DNA of 63,747 nucleotides, filler included, from Octopus bimaculoides (lineage: Eukaryota), in assembly GCF_001194135.2 (NCBI RefSeq). It is 5 parts of 4 records of this genome, joined end to end, with 100 filler letters (N's around TTAATTAATTAA, not from the genome) between each part and the next. Parts side by side here need not be neighbours in the genome. Positions count along the whole stretch, not along the records: positions 31,778 to 54,348 come from NC_068982.1; positions 54,449 to 59,501 come from NC_069002.1; positions 59,602 to 63,747 come from NC_068996.1; 2 more parts are not named here. One strand, written 5' to 3'. Below the pieces are notes generated by a model that was given only the letters and a program-made list of their open reading frames with translations, had not been told where the DNA came from and did no database searches. The translations under genes were made by a program, and so were the position numbers. Shown piece after piece: positions 50,531-62,974 of this stretch (positions within the stretch are counted from its first letter, which is position 1; the number at the start of each line of letters is the position of its first letter).

Positions 50531-51559
50531 NNNNNNNNNNNNNNNNNNNNNNNNNNNNNNNNNNNNNNNNNNNNNNNNNNNNNNNNNNNNNNNNNNNNNN
50601 NNNNNNNNNNNNNNNNNNNNNNNNNNNNNNNNNNNNNNNNNNNNNNNNNNNNNNNNNNNNNNNNNNNNNNNNNNNNNNNNNNNNNNNNNNNNNNNNNNNN
50701 NNNNNNNNNNNNNNNNNNNNNNNNNNNNNNNNNNNNNNNNNNNNNNNNNNNNNNNNNNNNNNNNNNNNNNNNNNNNNNNNNNNNNNNNNNNNNNNNNNNN
50801 NNNNNNNNNNNNNNNNNNNNNNNNNNNAAGGGTGGGTGTCTTAATGTCAACCAGAGAAGTTGAATTGTTGAAAATTTTTTAAAGTTGGGTCTTATATGTA
50901 TTGTTCGAATTTCTTTGAAATAGGAAATATATGTATGTTCACTGGGTTTGTAAAAGAGAGCAAAACTACAGGAAGACAAAAGATCACAATAAGCAGTCAG
51001 CTAGCCTACCCTAGTTGTTACTACTCCCCAATGTAGGATTCCTCACCATGCAGGTGACAATCACAGCCGTAATATACATTATGGATCTATAGCAATTGGA
51101 AGGGTGTGACCCAACTGAAATAAACATTAACAACTGTGTGACGTGAGGGCTAAGGGGAAATGAAAGTGTCACCTCTGGAGTTTACAAACGACCACTATAC
51201 TGATAGGTAACTGGACAGAATAAATTTACAATCTATAAATGTCTTTGAATAACCAGTCACTCATCTGAGAAGGCCTTGAAATCAATGTTACCATCTGGGG
51301 ACTATGTGTGACCCAGTGATAATAAAAAAACTCAAAGGAGGTCTGCAAACAAATAACTTTACTGAACACTTTGCAACTGAATCAGTGGAGGCAAAGATGC
51401 CTCTCATTTACTTGACAATTTATGCACCACATTGCAGAAATCACAATCTAAGAATATCTCAAAGCAAACTCTTACACTGTTGTACCATTGAATTACAAAT
51501 AACGCTCATCTTTTGTGCTCGGGTGACCCTACAGCTTCCAAGAGTACAACTGTATTCGT

Positions 51560-52200
51560 CTTTGCTTAGATGAAATGACTAAATTGTGGGTGTTAAGTCT
51601 CCATGAAGAGGTCTTTCTAACTTCTAAGAAGATGAAATTTTAGAAATATTACTTCATTTGTGTCTAATATCTATGGTTAAGATTTCATCAACAGCAAAAA
51701 TATATGAATTTTCATGGGGGTTATGGCCCTTAAGCATAGAATATAATTACCAAATTTCATAAAGATCCATTCAATACTTTTGACCTAGTTTTGGATCATA
51801 AAAAATGACTAAAATTTGGGAGTTAAGGCTCCCGTTAGGGTGTCTTAGAATCCTCATGAGAATTGGAAATTTTGAGAATACTTCTTGATGTGTGTCAATT
51901 ACCCATGGTTGAAATTTCATCAACATCGAAAATTTATGAATTTTCATGGGTGTTCTGCCCGCTTTAAGCCATCTCAAATTCAAACCAAACATACTGCATT
52001 ATACCCGCCCTTATGCATTGAATCTAAGTTCCAAATATCAGAAGGATCCATTCAGTAATTTTGGTCCATTAAATTGTATGAAACACACAGCATTACCCTT
52101 CTCCCTAGGCTTGGATTTTGTGTTCCAAATTTCATTAGGATCGGTGTAGTAGTTTTTGAATGTATAGGTAACACACAAACACACATAAAGACATTGACTT
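51560..52200 (+). mobile_element. Non-autonomous Helitron/Helentron-like element with two diverged internal direct repeats
   Basis: Repeated GACTAAA.T.TGGG.GTTAAG.CTCC...ATTTCATCAAC...ATGAATTTTCATGGG units, and a 3' end CCAAATTTCATTAGGATCGG...ACACACAAACACAC...TTTTATATAATA. Confidence 0.45.
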
Positions 52201-52511
52201 TTATATAATATATATGAATATGCACATATACATACATGTATATGTGTATGTATGTGTGTTATTTTTATTTTGATAAGCCTGGTACTTATTCTATCAGTTT
52301 CTTCTTGTCAAACCATTAAGTTATGGAGATGTAAATAAACGAACAGCAGTTGTGAAGCACTGATGAGGGAGAAACACAGAAACAAAGACACACACATATA
52401 CCTACATATATACACACATATATTTGGCCTATGACACCACATGGACCCTAAGTAAAATTTGAATGAAATTGGTTGTATAGTTCTCAAGTTTTAGGGATTC
52501 ACACAGACATA

Positions 52512-52569
<58 letters not shown>

Positions 52570-54199
52570 NNNNNNNNNNNNNNNNNNNNNNNNNNNNNNN
52601 NNNNNNNNNNNNNNNNNNNNNNNNNNNNNNNNNNNNNNNNNNNNNNNNNNNNNNNNNNNNNNNNNNNNNNNNNNNNNNNNNNNNNNNNNNNNNNNNNNNN
52701 NNNNNNNNNNNNNNNNNNNNNNNNNNNNNNNNNNNNNNNNNNNNNNNNNNNNNNNNNNNNNNNNNNNNNNNNNNNNNNNNNNNNNNNNNNNNNNNNNNNN
52801 NNNNNNNNNNNNNNNNNNNNNNNNNNNNNNNNNNNNNNNNNNNNNNNNNNNTACAATGATGAGGGTTCCAGTTGATCCGATCAACGGAACAGCCTGCTTG
52901 TGAAATTAACGTGTAAGTGGCTGAGCACTCCACAGACACGTGTACCCTTAACGTAGTTCTCAGGGAGATTCAGCATGACACAGAGTGTGACAAGACCGGC
53001 CCTTTGAAATACAGAAACAGGAAGAAAGAGTGAAAGTTGTGGTAAAAGAATACAGCAGGGTTCGCCACCACCTCCTGCTGGAGCCTTGTGGAGATTTAGG
53101 TATTTTCACTTAATAAATACTCACAATGCCCAGTCTGGGAATCGAAACCATGATCCTATGACTGTGAGTCAGCTGCCCTAACCACTGGGCCATTGCACCT
53201 CCACACACACACATATATGACTGGTTTCTTTCAGTTTCCATCTGCCAAATTGACTCACAAGGCTCTTGTCTGCTCAATGCTATAGTAAAAGACACTTGCC
53301 CAAGGTGCCATGCAGTGGGACTGAACCTGGAACCATGTGGTTGGGAAGCAGACTTCTTACCATGTAGCCTGTACTTATAATTTCTTTTTCTTTTGTTTTG
53401 AAGAATGATGTTTTATAGAAATATTTTTATTCATTTTATTTAAAGAAACTCTTATAACAAACAAAACAAAACAAAACCCAATGATTTGAATCCCTTCCAG
53501 TCTTGGAATTCATGCAAAAGAGACCTGACTGAGAGATATATTCATTCTAGGATTATAATAATAATAATAATAATAATAATAAATTATACAACATGAAGGA
53601 AATTATTTTATATGTTTTGTATTAAAGCCATCTCTCTTTGATCATTTGGCATGACAGCTTTGTAAAAATTATGTTACACCTGAAATAATTAGGTTTATCT
53701 TATCAACGTATATTCTTAGGAGGTCAGGCCGAAAATCTTGTCTTATATATTATAAAGTTCACATTCCTCAGATTACTGAATTTAGTCCAATTAAACAAGC
53801 GTGTGTGAGTATAGTAACCCTGACTGTGTGTATCTAAAATCCATTCTCTCCCTACTCTGTGAATATCATCATCATCATTGTTGTTGTTGTCATTGTCTTC
53901 ATTTAAAGTCTGTTTTCCATGCTGGTATGGGTTGGATGGTTTGGCAGAAGCTGGCAAGGTCAGGAGCCTCACCAGGTTCCAATTGTCTATTTTGGCAAGG
54001 TTTCTATGACTGGATGCCCTTCCTAATGTTATCCACTTTATAGAGCGTACAGGGTGCTTTATACATGGCACCATTACCAATGCTTTTATGTGGCATTAGC
54101 ACTGGTGACTTTAACATGTTACCAACACCAGTGCTTTGTATGTGGCACCAGCATCAGTGCTTTTTACGTGGAACCTTGATAACCACTGATTTAGACACA

Positions 54200-54348
54200 T
54201 TCCTCTCAAGTGTTGGGCCTCACAGAGACAAAGTGGCTGAGTTCCTTTCAAGCGTTGGGCCTCACAGAGACAAAGTGGCTGAGTTCCTTTCAAGCGTTGG
54301 GCCTCACAGAGACAAAGTGGCTGAGTTCCTTTCAAGCGTTGGGCCTCA
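54200..54348 (+). repeat. 42-bp minisatellite (at least 3.5 copies, runs into a gap)
   Basis: Unit TTCCTTTCAAGCGTTGGGCCTCACAGAGACAAAGTGGCTGAG, with no spacers. Confidence 0.9.
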
Positions 54349-54859
54349 NNNNNNNNNNNNNNNNNNNNNNNNNNNNNNNNNNNNNNNNNNNNTTAATTAA
54401 TTAANNNNNNNNNNNNNNNNNNNNNNNNNNNNNNNNNNNNNNNNNNNNTTCTTTCATGGTGCCATCCATTTTTATTTTATTTTATTTTATATTGTATATT
54501 GTATATTATATTATATATTGTATATTCCATATTCTATACCCCACATTAGTTCTGCAGGAATATAAATAAAACATAAAAAACAGACAGTGTTGGAACTCTT
54601 TTAAACAAAATAATATATTCCTCTATACACAATCATACAAAAAAGCCACCTTTTTTGTATTTATTTTTACTCGCATATATATATAAAACAAATAATAAAT
54701 GAGTATATGCATATATACGTACAGGTATGTGCATACCTACGTCTACCTATATATATAGGTGCTTATCTGGGTACAGGACATTGCAAACAAAACGTAAACA
54801 AGAAAATAATAATAACCAGAGTATATATATATATACATATATATTACTGCATACCTTCT

Positions 54860-55714
54860 GTTTTTCCTGGGAGGTCTTACATTCTGACCTAATGTGGCCT
54901 TTCATGTCACACTTGAAGCAGCGGGACTTCCTCCCCTCTACCATCACAACTAATCTTGCTTCTGCCACCTCAATGACCTCTAGAATTTTTTTCAGTGTCA
55001 GTGGCTCCGCTTGAATCAACATCTTCACCGTTTGACCAGTCCAGTTCCTCTCTTCTACAACTTCTGCTGATAACAAGCGTTATTTTATCTTATGAATCCA
55101 ACGTTACTAATGTGGCCTTTCTGATCGCACTTGTAGAATCGAGGGATCCTGCCCTCTACGCTGAACATCATTATTATGTCTTCCATTGCTATGGTCTCCG
55201 GTAATTCCTCAATAATCTCTATCGGCCCCTTTATAACCATGTTTAGTGTTTGGCTTTTCTAATTCCTACTTTCCTGGAGAACTGCTATCTCTTCCTCATT
55301 ACCGAGTAAGACAGCGGCTGCTATCCAAGCTGCGTCAACCTCTGGTGGGATTCCTACCACACTGACCTTTACCGAGCGTTTTCAATGGTACGTAGGCAAA
55401 AACACCACTTCGTCGTTCTTTAAAATAATTGCCGCATTCATCCTTGCCAAGCTTGCATCTTTGAATCTTACTTCAATCGTTCCGTACTTGGCTCCTCCGG
55501 CAAGATACTTTATCTCTTGCCAGATTGGCCTAAGTGCCTTCTCCACTTGGTTCGTTGTCATTATTTCAATCTTGCCAGCAGCTACCGAATGTGCCTTGTA
55601 TGTAACGGTACACTCCATCCTGTTAACAATCAATTTCTCAGGAGGGCTTAATTCCACACTGGTTCCTTCTCGCCTCATCATTTTTGAATAATTTTTCCAT
55701 TCATCCCATTTCAT
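54860..55714 (-). mobile_element. L1/Tx1-type ORF1 (gag-like) fragments with two consecutive zinc-knuckle regions
   Basis: MKWDEW...YGTIEVRF...FLPTY, then VEGRIPRFYKCDQKGHI (degenerate), then VEGRKSRCFKCDMKGHIRSEC (intact CCHC). Homologous to the ORF1 at 61600-62110. Confidence 0.7.
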
Positions 55715-56559
55715 TCAATGTTCTTTCATCTTTGCAATCTCTGCAAAGCTTCTATCTTCTCTCGCTCATTTTTCCATCTTACTCAACAAAGTATAACACC
55801 AAATAATACTACTTCAACTCACCGAATGTTTGAAGAAATTTCTTTCGTTATTGCCCACAAGAGGCCAACGAAGAGGGGACAATACAGGACATGTGGGGAC
55901 ATATGAAAGATGAATATGGAATTGTACAAATGAAGATGACACGGCAACCCCCGACTCCACTCCGGGATGGTTATGTTTTAACAATTAATTCAAAATGTTT
56001 CTATATATATTTTTTTCTTTTAAAACATTCATTGTTCATTCAGTTTTCTGTTTTTCCTAAAAGTTAATTCTCAATAAATTTTTCTACTTACCACTTGATG
56101 TCTTTCTTTATCTCGTCATATTCTACCACTGGGATGCGGGGTTCATTTCTCACCTCCGGTCCCAGTGGGTTCACATCTGATGGAAATACTTCTTTTACTG
56201 TTTTATATCTTTCTTCATTTATCAAAATACACCTCATGTCTTTGTCATAACCTTCTGTTAATTTTACTTGTTATAACTTTCATTTTTATAATTTTTCTTT
56301 CGATTTTTGGATTTGTGCAATAAGTTACTAAGTATATCCTATTTCTATGTGCTCTCACCCTATTGTGCATTTTGTGTGTCTGTGTGTTTTTGTGTCGGTG
56401 TGTTTTTGTGTCTGTGTGTCTGTGTTTTTGTATTTTTGTGTGTCTGTACGTCTGTGTGTTTGTGTGTCTGTATTTTTGTGTCTGTGAGTTTGCTTGGTGA
56501 TTCCGTTTGGCTTGCGATGTTTTTTCTTTTTTTTTTTATGGTGAACCTATGGGAGTGTT

Positions 56560-56870
56560 GCGTCAGCTTGTTGTTGTTGCTTGTCTTAATGGGTATGTTT
56601 CTTCCTGTATTTTATGTTTCTTTCGCTGTAGTTTCTCCTTGGGCGGTGTATTCTTTCTCTCTCTCCTCCCTGTACTTACGTCTGTACACTTTGTGTCCTG
56701 TTCTTCGTCTCGGGTCTTTTGCTCTAATTCTATTGCGCATTCTTGTGCTTCCATCTCTGGAGCCTCCTTCACTTGTCTTGTTGAGGACTCCTTTTTCATT
56801 ATGTATCCCCTCTCCCCACAAAAATAGCAGGTAGGGAACATTCCATCCAATATTACTTATAATTTGAAAT
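56560..56870 (-). mobile_element. Third ORF1 zinc-knuckle fragment
   Basis: DGMFPTCYFCGERGYIM followed by a charged low-complexity tail. Confidence 0.5.
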
Positions 56871-57119
56871 CTACTTCACTTAGCTTCAGCGAACTTGAGT
56901 CCACAGTTTTTTGTCTTCTCGGAGCTGAAGCGTAACTCTTCGACTCCAACTGAGATACCATTCCTCGTAAAAACCAATTACAGACACAAGTCAACCACTA
57001 AAGATGGCATCACACTTGTTAAATTATCTTCTTAATATTACGAATAAAATTACTACGAATGTTCTAAGAAATTTCCTATAATTTCGATTTCTGAAGTTTC
57101 TTGGATTTTTTAAAACTCC

Positions 57120-57730
57120 GATTTCTCGCAAAATTCTTTGCATTCACTGTGGAGTGCTACTATCTAAGGCTTCTATTACACCATGTCAAGGGACCCACAT
57201 CATTTACAGCCTTACGTACGGTTGATAGCACAGTATATCAAGCATATTCGCAGGCTTGCCATCTCAGAGGTCTTCTGGAAGATGATGCACACTGGAATGC
57301 CACTCTGTAGGAGGCACAAATGTGCAAGTCTCCTATGCAGCTGAGAAACCTCTTCTCCATCAATGCAGCATGATGGGTGAGAATGTCTTCATTCCAAGGA
57401 TACCTCTCATCTCAAATGATCTCCCCTTTCAGTTCAAGAAACTGCAGTTTCCTGTCAAACTTAGCTTTGCAATGTCTATCAGCAAAGCACAAGGTCAATC
57501 TCTNNNNNNNNNNCTGCAGTTTCCTGTCAAACTTAGCTTTGCAATGTCTATCAGCAAAGCACAAGGTCAATCTCTAAAGGTGGTGGGACTTAACCTCCTT
57601 CAACCTTGCTTCTCACATGGTCAGCTGTATGTTGGATGTTCTAGAGTTGGAAATGAAAAGAACCCCCACATTCTCAATGATAAACATGGCAAGACAGAAA
57701 ACATTGTATGAAGAAGCACTTACATGAATA
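57120..57730 (+). mobile_element. Helitron Rep/helicase fragment, internally deleted
   Basis: ECYYLRLLLHHVKGPTSFTALRTVD...AC..RGLLEDDAHW is joined directly to FIPRIPLI...[25 protein letters not shown]...[13 protein letters not shown] (C-terminal Pif1 motifs). Confidence 0.9.
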
Positions 57731-57780
57731 GTAGGTCCATGTCATATAAAGAAGTGCAAAAGCATTGAGTGTTAAAGTAT

Positions 57781-57815
57781 TACTACACTTTGATCTTAGC
57801 CAAAAGGTCAAGAAG
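57781..57815 (-). pseudogene. U2: U2 snRNA 5' fragment (about nt 5-38)
   Basis: The minus strand reads CTTCTTGACCTTTTGGCTAAGATCAAAGTGTAGTA versus U2 CTTCTCGGCCTTTTGGCTAAGATCAAGTGTAGTA (2 substitutions, 1 insertion). Similarity ends right after GTGTAGTA. Confidence 0.8.
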
Positions 57816-57909
57816 TATTACTATTACACTTTCACTTTTCGACTGACATGCGTGAATGCATATCTATGTGTAAAAAGGTGAAACAGTAACATGATATATT
57901 CACTGTGTG

Positions 57910-57944
<35 letters not shown>

Positions 57945-58022
57945 ATGTTTGTGTGTGTGTGTGTGTACTCTACTGCTTCTCGTCCTAAGGTATAGGAGAT
58001 ATTAGTGTAGTAGCTAACTACA

Positions 58023-59120
58023 TCAAAGCTGACTAAAATAGTTTCTTTCTTTACTCTTTTTTGGAATGTAGTTTAGGAAATCCCTATCATCTCTAATAAA
58101 GCTAGGGACCAATTTGCATAGGGGTTTTAGAATCATGTCGAGCAAGTTGCTTAATCTTTGGGTGCTTGATGCTGGTTCCACTACAACTGGTCTTAATTTC
58201 AGATCAGATGGTCTTGGAATCTTCATGTATGGTGATTGGATGTCCTTCAAATTCTTGATTTCTTTAGACTTGTGGATTTTCAGAAATCCACAGAAGTTAC
58301 TGGTTTTTAATTCAAATTAAGTTAGGTAATCTAACTTGTTATTTCTTTTTTTGTAAGCTCATTTTTATGTCTCTGTAAGTTTACTTAATCTTATGCAATG
58401 CATACTTATCCTGATTTATTTTCTAACTTTTGTAGAAATGTTGGTCATTTAGATGTTCCGGATCACTTTTCTATAATGGGAGTTGTCCACTATAACAATT
58501 GCCCCTCCTTTGTCTGCATCTTTGATAATTATTGAGTGATCATTTTGTAAAGATTCCAAAGCTTCTTCTTTATATGTGATATTTGATTTTACATGGCTCA
58601 TTGGGATATTGGCTTTTTCAAATCTTTTCAGTCTCATTATATATTCCTCTAAGTGTCTGTTTTTCTTTACCGGAAGTATGAAACCTGTCTGGTTCTTCAC
58701 AGTCAGCTGGTCTTCAGTGTGTTTATTTTGAAAGAAATCCCTAAGGCGGAGTTTTCTGCAAAATTCTTCCGTATCTTCAATAAGATCTATAGTGTAGCAT
58801 TTTGGGGCTGGTGTAAATTTAAGTCCATATTTTAGAAGGTTAATTTCCATGAGGTCTCTTTCTGAAATATTAATTACTTTTATATCAGTCTTTTCTTTAT
58901 TTCTTTCAATATTCCTTCTGTATCCTATCCTTAGGCTTCTCTTCTGTTTCTTTTTTGTGAGCTATTACTATTATTAATGACATTGTTATCATTATTATAA
59001 TATTTTTGATTCTGGGTGAGTGGAGCAGTTATTGAGTCTTTGATAGTTTTGTTGAGTGTCTTGTATTCTTTGATTTAGAGAACATTTTCCGATTTCTCAA
59101 TGGACATTTTTATCTTTGCG
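58023..59120 (-). mobile_element. Penelope-like retroelement fragment: N-terminal domain and start of RT, disrupted
   Basis: VINIS...LLKYGLKFTPAP...EEFCRKLRL...IIIKDADKGGAIVI; FCGFLKIHKS...DLKLRPVV...STQRLSNLLDMILKPL...SFIRDDRDFL. Confidence 0.85.
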
Positions 59121-59150
59121 TGTTAGTTTGGTTTTATTATTATTATTATT

Positions 59151-59501
59151 GAGTGAGAGAGCAGTGACACTGGGGTAAAATATATGAAGCCCAGTATACC
59201 CATCATGACTACCCGTCTGATAAGGGTACACCAGGCACATTCATCACAACCATATGTGCGCGACATGGTGATCTCATATCAAGATAAACAGTGCATGACC
59301 TCGCAAGTGGGGCTCAGTTAGAATTTTCTTCAGGTCGAGTAGCCCATTCCGCTCAAAAGGTCCCTGAATAAGGTTTGCTTAAGGATGTTGAGCAAAACAC
59401 CCATGTTTCCAAAGGTGAATTATCCAAACCCCAAAGAATTCCTCTCAACACATGGCTATGATGCTCCCCCACTACTTCTACTCGTGATCAGAGATGCACA
59501 T
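59151..59501 (+). repeat. Interspersed ~560-bp repeat family F6, 5' part, cut by a gap
   Basis: Reverse-complement match to about 63160-63532; preceded by (ATT)n. Confidence 0.85.
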
Positions 59502-59639
59502 NNNNNNNNNNNNNNNNNNNNNNNNNNNNNNNNNNNNNNNNNNNNTTAATTAATTAANNNNNNNNNNNNNNNNNNNNNNNNNNNNNNNNNNNNNNNNNNN
59601 NGACCTCTAAGGATATTCGAGGAAGCCCACTGTCCAAGA

Positions 59640-62170
59640 TCTCCTTGAACACGAAAGGCAAGTGCCCTCTCCAATTCCTTCTCTACGACTCACAGGTCTA
59701 CACTTAGAGAGGTACCATCCACTCTTGCCATTCTCGCAACTTTCACCCACCTTTCAATAAACTCACTTGAGGACAGCATTTCCCTCTTCACTCTTTTTAA
59801 GTGAAACTTGAAGAAGTCAATGAGAGCTCTATCAAAGAGGAATGTATCTGTCCTCATGCCTTTCAGTCCTGTCCACCAAACAACCTCTTTCGCCACAGCC
59901 ACCAGGCAAAGGAAAACTGTTGCCAGCTGCAGTAGACGTTTGCCAAGAGGTCTCCAAAAAAATCAGGCATGAATACATAGAATTCATAAGGTAGACCATC
60001 CAAACCGGGTGATTTACAACTTGTGCAATCGCTCACCGTCTTCCGAATTTCAGTGCCTGTTATTGGTTTTTCACATAACCTCACGTCAGCTGCTGAGAAC
60101 CGCTGCACGCCGCCTAAGTACGAACTAAAGTCCACTACTATCGTCGACCCATCGCCCTCTACAAACAACTGCGCGAAGTGTGGATGAAAAGCTGCACACA
60201 TCTGCTCGGAGCCTTGTAGTACGCGCAAGTCCCGATCCATCAAAGATGTGACCGTGGTTTTGTTTTTACGTCGCGTCTCCACCGTTAGGGCCCATCGGAC
60301 AGCTTTATTTTCTTTGTGTTTGAGCGCACGGGCCTTAGCTCTGAAAACGCAACCTTTGTGCTTCGCTTCGAAGAAATGGTCAAGGGCCATTCTCGCTGCT
60401 AACACATCGGCCACCACTCTTCTAATTTGCTAACTCGTTCACTCTCTCATGTATTCTTTTCTATCTTTGCTAAACATCGATTCTGCTCTAATCGCTTTCT
60501 TCCGGACGATCCACCACCAGTTGCTGACGATTTCTCCTGTTGACTGCCGTTTAACTAGTTTGTTGTCGAGAATGGGCACTGGTGCTTGTGCATTAGAAAT
60601 CCTTGTCTCGCCAATTACAGTAATATCTAATACGAGCGACCTAAGGTCTTTAAACGAGCAACCTTCCAAGCTGAATCCAGGCCGTACACATTCACACACT
60701 CCCATTTTATAGTTGACATGTCAGTAGGAGAAAGACAACGAGGGAGACCACTCACCTTGATTTTTGAGACGCTCAGGTATTCCAGACCTCTCTCCAGGCA
60801 ACTGTCTTATAAAAGGCCCTTCTAATAGTCTTTCGTTAATAATTTTCTTTAAACATTCCCACACCAGCTGCGTATTTTTCTCGAATGGTCCTCTAAAATT
60901 TGCTGATATTTTAATTAACAGTCTGTCTTTTGGGGTTTTGAGAATGGAATTCTCAATTTCATGCTCCTCTGTTTTTATTTTGATTTTCTTTTAGGTGATC
61001 CATCAAGTCAGTGTTGAGTTTGTTCACAACTGTGAAACTGATGCATACATTTTGTGTTGGGTTTAAATTTTCAACAGATTTAGGTTTCATTGCTGTTGTC
61101 GTTGTTGTTGTTGTTGTCATTGATGTTGCTGTTGCTGATGATGCTGTTGTTGACGTTGTTATTGATGTTGTTGTGGTTGATGCTGCTGCTGTTATTTTTG
61201 TTGTTGATGCTGCTGCTGATGTTTTTGAGGTGGTTGTACAGTAGGCTGAAAATGAGGTTTATGTTTGTAGCTCGCGGAGTCGGGTACTGAGCCTTTCTTT
61301 TCTTTTGGTTCGCCTCTTTGGAGACTGTTTACTGTCCTTCAGCCCGATCTTTCTTCTCCAAATCATTCTCCAAGGAATCGGTGGAGGATGGGATAATCTA
61401 GTCCAAAGAGGAATGCAAATCCTTGTTTGGTTGCGGAGTGGGACATTTGAGAACCGCTTGCTCTTCAGCGGGAGGGAGTAGGGGCCAAACTTTTCTGCTG
61501 TCGAAGTTTGGATGTAGGGTTCCTGACTTGCTCTTGAGGTTCAACTAGATGTGATCCTGGAGTTTTCAACAAGGGTGGTTTCTGTCTTTAAATGAGGGCA
61601 GACAGCTTTTTGATGGATTGTACTTCCGCAGAAGTAACTCTTAGCTTTTCTGCCCTCAAACACAACTTCCATGGGTTTTGTGCCTTTCATGTAAACTAGA
61701 TCAGGGATCCTATGGAGGTTTTCTGCAGTCAGCTACATTTCCACTTTCACCCAGACCGCCGATCCATTTTCTTTCGGGGTGGATTTCAAAATGAAAATAT
61801 CGTCATACTCATCCAGTATCATTCCGAAATACTGGATGTTAATCTCCGTAGGCACATTCAAAAACGTAATCTTATTCACTCGCCTCCCCAGATAAGGTAG
61901 GATGAAAATGTGTTCATCTGAGAAGCAAGTGTGCATGGCCATTCTTTTCGATGCCCCTTTGCTATAGCATGTAACCACGAGAGATCCAAATTCTTTTCGA
62001 GAGATCCAAATTGACCCTCAAACCTCTTTCAGACATTTTTCTGTCTGCGCTGGAGTCGGATTTTCGACCCGTCTGGTCTTCTTATTAAGACATCTGTAGA
62101 TCACAGTGTTTTTGTGATCTTATCTTTCTCGCCTGCTGGTAGTACGAGTAGATTGAGTCTTTCCAGACAT
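59640..62170 (-). mobile_element. L1/Tx1-type LINE, decayed: ORF1 with degenerate knuckle, ORF2 with most of the EN and RT deleted
   Basis: ORF1 ...EGRKAKSYFCGSTIHQKAVC; ORF2 DITVIGETR (EN start), ...KSPGLDGLPYEFY...DLLANVY..WQQ fused directly to the C-terminal AKEVVWWT...FIERWVKVARM. Confidence 0.85.
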
Positions 62171-62236
62171 TTCCGGAAGTTTTGACCAAAATTACTGTCG
62201 AAAGAGTGCTCTACCCATCTCTGATTAGTAGTAATT

Positions 62237-62650
62237 TTAGCAAAAGAAGCGCTGGCTTCTTGTCGGTGCTGTCGCTACTGTTGCTGCTGTCGGTGCTGCT
62301 GCTGTCGGTGCTGCTGCTGTCGTTGTTGTCGCTGCTATTGCTGCTGCTGCAGTTGTTATGTTGTTATTGTTGGTAGAGTGGTTTCGTTTCCATTCTTGAA
62401 AATTTCTGAAAAAAATTGTCGTTGTTGTCATTGAGTTGCTGTCGCTACCGCAGTTGCTGCCGTTGTTGTTCTCGTTGTTGCTGCACAAAGCGGCGTTGTT
62501 GTTGCTGTTGTTGGTAATGGTGGCGGTGACAACATCAACAGGCGAAACGCTATCATCCTCTTTATTCTTCATCATATGACTCTTTTCCTTCTCTCCCTTT
62601 CTCTCATTGACGACTAACGCTCTCTCCAACATTATTATTGCAGTCGCCAT
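62237..62650 (-). CDS. Low-complexity ORF (Asn/Thr/Ala-rich) starting in an AAAATGGCG context; host exon or LINE 5' region unresolved
   Basis: MATAIIMLERALVVNERKGEK...FFRNFQEWKRNHS...TAAAPTAAAP...*; much of it is trinucleotide-repeat sequence and no clear splice donor was found. Confidence 0.2.
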   Translation of the reverse strand: MATAIIMLERALVVNERKGEKEKSHMMKNKEDDSVSPVDVVTATITNNSNNNAALCSNNENNNGSNCGSDSNSMTTTTIFFRNFQEWKRNHSTNNNNITTAAAAIAATTTTAAAPTAAAPTAATVATAPTRSQRFFC

Positions 62651-62821
62651 TTTGAAAGTCCCCCTAGAAATAAAGAAAAGGAATTCACCAGCAAAAAGTT
62701 CTCCTATTTTCCACTCTAGTTCATAATGACATGCAATCACAGTTTTTTTCCGGAGAAAATAAGGATTATTCAGCAACAAAATACGGAGCCGAGGTCAACG
62801 TAGCTTACTCGGCAGACGGCC

Positions 62822-62894
<73 letters not shown>

Positions 62895-62902
62895 TAATAA
62901 TG

Positions 62903-62957
<55 letters not shown>

Positions 62958-62974
62958 TAATAATAATAATAATG

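Noticed and set aside
54200-54348. 42-bp array as a CRISPR or coding repeat
   Set aside because: No spacers; it is a minisatellite next to an F4 repeat.
56307-56834. 175-aa hydrophobic ORF on the plus strand (and similar at 61011-61290)
   Set aside because: Antisense reading of purine-rich, low-complexity TE ORF1 tails.
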